IMG/VR virus record: IMGVR_UViG_3300009419_002129
DNA length: 5,753 bases
Reading direction: 5' to 3' (one strand)
From: a virus
Positions 5,524 to 5,753 of this stretch are shown here, piece after piece. The notes beneath the pieces were generated by a model, which was not told the DNA's origin, did no database searches, and saw only the letters and a list, made by a program, of their open reading frames with translations. The translations under genes were made by a program, and so were the position numbers. The number at the start of each line of letters is the position of its first letter. Within the stretch, counting starts at the first letter, position 1.

Positions 5524-5593
5524 GTTGCCACCGTTAAAATAATTACTGGAGTCCAATTTAGGATTGATGGATCTTCTAACATGCTTACCCCCT

Positions 5594-5620
5594 AAAAGAA
5601 GAAAGCCCCATTTCTGGGGC
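5594..5620 (-). terminator. Strong intrinsic terminator after the major coat gene
   Basis: The minus strand reads GCCCCA-GAAA-TGGGGC (arms at 5605-5610 and 5615-5620) followed by TTTCTTCTTTT (complement of 5594-5604). It lies 15 nt downstream of the coat TAA stop at 5636-5638. This matches the placement of the post-gene-VIII terminator in Ff phage. Confidence 0.8.
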
Positions 5621-5630
5621 GTTTCAAAAC

Positions 5631-5753
5631 AGCAATTACGCCGAGTTTGCACCACGCTTGGTGTAACGCCATGCAACAAACAGAGCAATAACAACAAGAG
5701 CACCACCAAAAATTAATTTGGCATTTGCAGTAACAGAAGTTAAACCTGATGTG
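5631..5753. repeat. Terminal redundancy, copy 2, containing a duplicate of the 3' end of the coat CDS (5636-5753, minus strand)
   Basis: This segment is identical to 1-123. It is not an independent gene. Confidence 0.9.

Noticed and set aside
5248-5595. 115-aa plus-strand ORF
   Set aside because: It is antisense to the 5' part of the pIII-like gene and runs into the coat terminator. It has no SD and a Thr/Ser/Asn/Ile-rich, non-protein-like composition.
5524-5709. N-terminal 62 aa of the 504-aa ORF in the supplied track (MVVLLLLLLCLL...)
   Set aside because: This extension reads through the coat-gene terminator and overlaps the 3' end of the duplicated coat gene in another frame. It has no SD. 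The ATG at 5521-5523 has a GGTGG SD and is followed at once by a canonical signal peptide.
1-5753. tRNA, rRNA, CRISPR arrays, and DNA uptake sequences (Haemophilus USS AAGTGCGGT, Neisseria DUS GCCGTCTGAA)
   Set aside because: None was seen on either strand. The closest DUS-like string (GCCGTTCAGG, 2276-2285) is part of the hairpin at 2267-2284 and does not match the DUS.

Overview
The window appears to be one complete, circularly permuted genome of a small filamentous phage (Inoviridae-like), or an episomal or prophage-derived replicon of that type. Bases 1-123 are repeated exactly at 5631-5753, and the repeat cuts through the major coat gene. This fits an assembly overlap of a circle with a unit length of 5630 bp. 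The sequence looks AT-rich by eye. All but one gene lie on the minus strand, so the minus strand is presumably the viral and mRNA-sense strand. In transcription order the genes are: an HUH rolling-circle Rep (pC194/pUB110-like motifs); a small plus-strand regulator gene convergent with rep; an 80-aa protein in the gene-V (ssDNA-binding) position; a 64-aa small hydrophobic protein; a pVIII-like major coat precursor followed by a strong intrinsic terminator; a pIII-like adsorption protein; a pVI-like small membrane protein; and a Zot/pI-like assembly ATPase. No secretin, integrase or transposase, tRNA, rRNA or CRISPR array is present. The most interesting element is a compact genetic switch at 794-844. 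A near-consensus promoter for the structural operon has a perfect 16-bp palindrome in its spacer. A second inverted repeat of the same half-sites overlaps its -35 box and the -35 box of a divergent promoter for a 60-aa ribbon-helix-helix-like protein. A 14/16 copy of the palindrome sits upstream of rep. Several GC-rich structured elements in the intergenic regions are candidates for a packaging signal, an origin or attenuators. Family assignments rest on motifs read by eye and recalled from memory. No database search was run.
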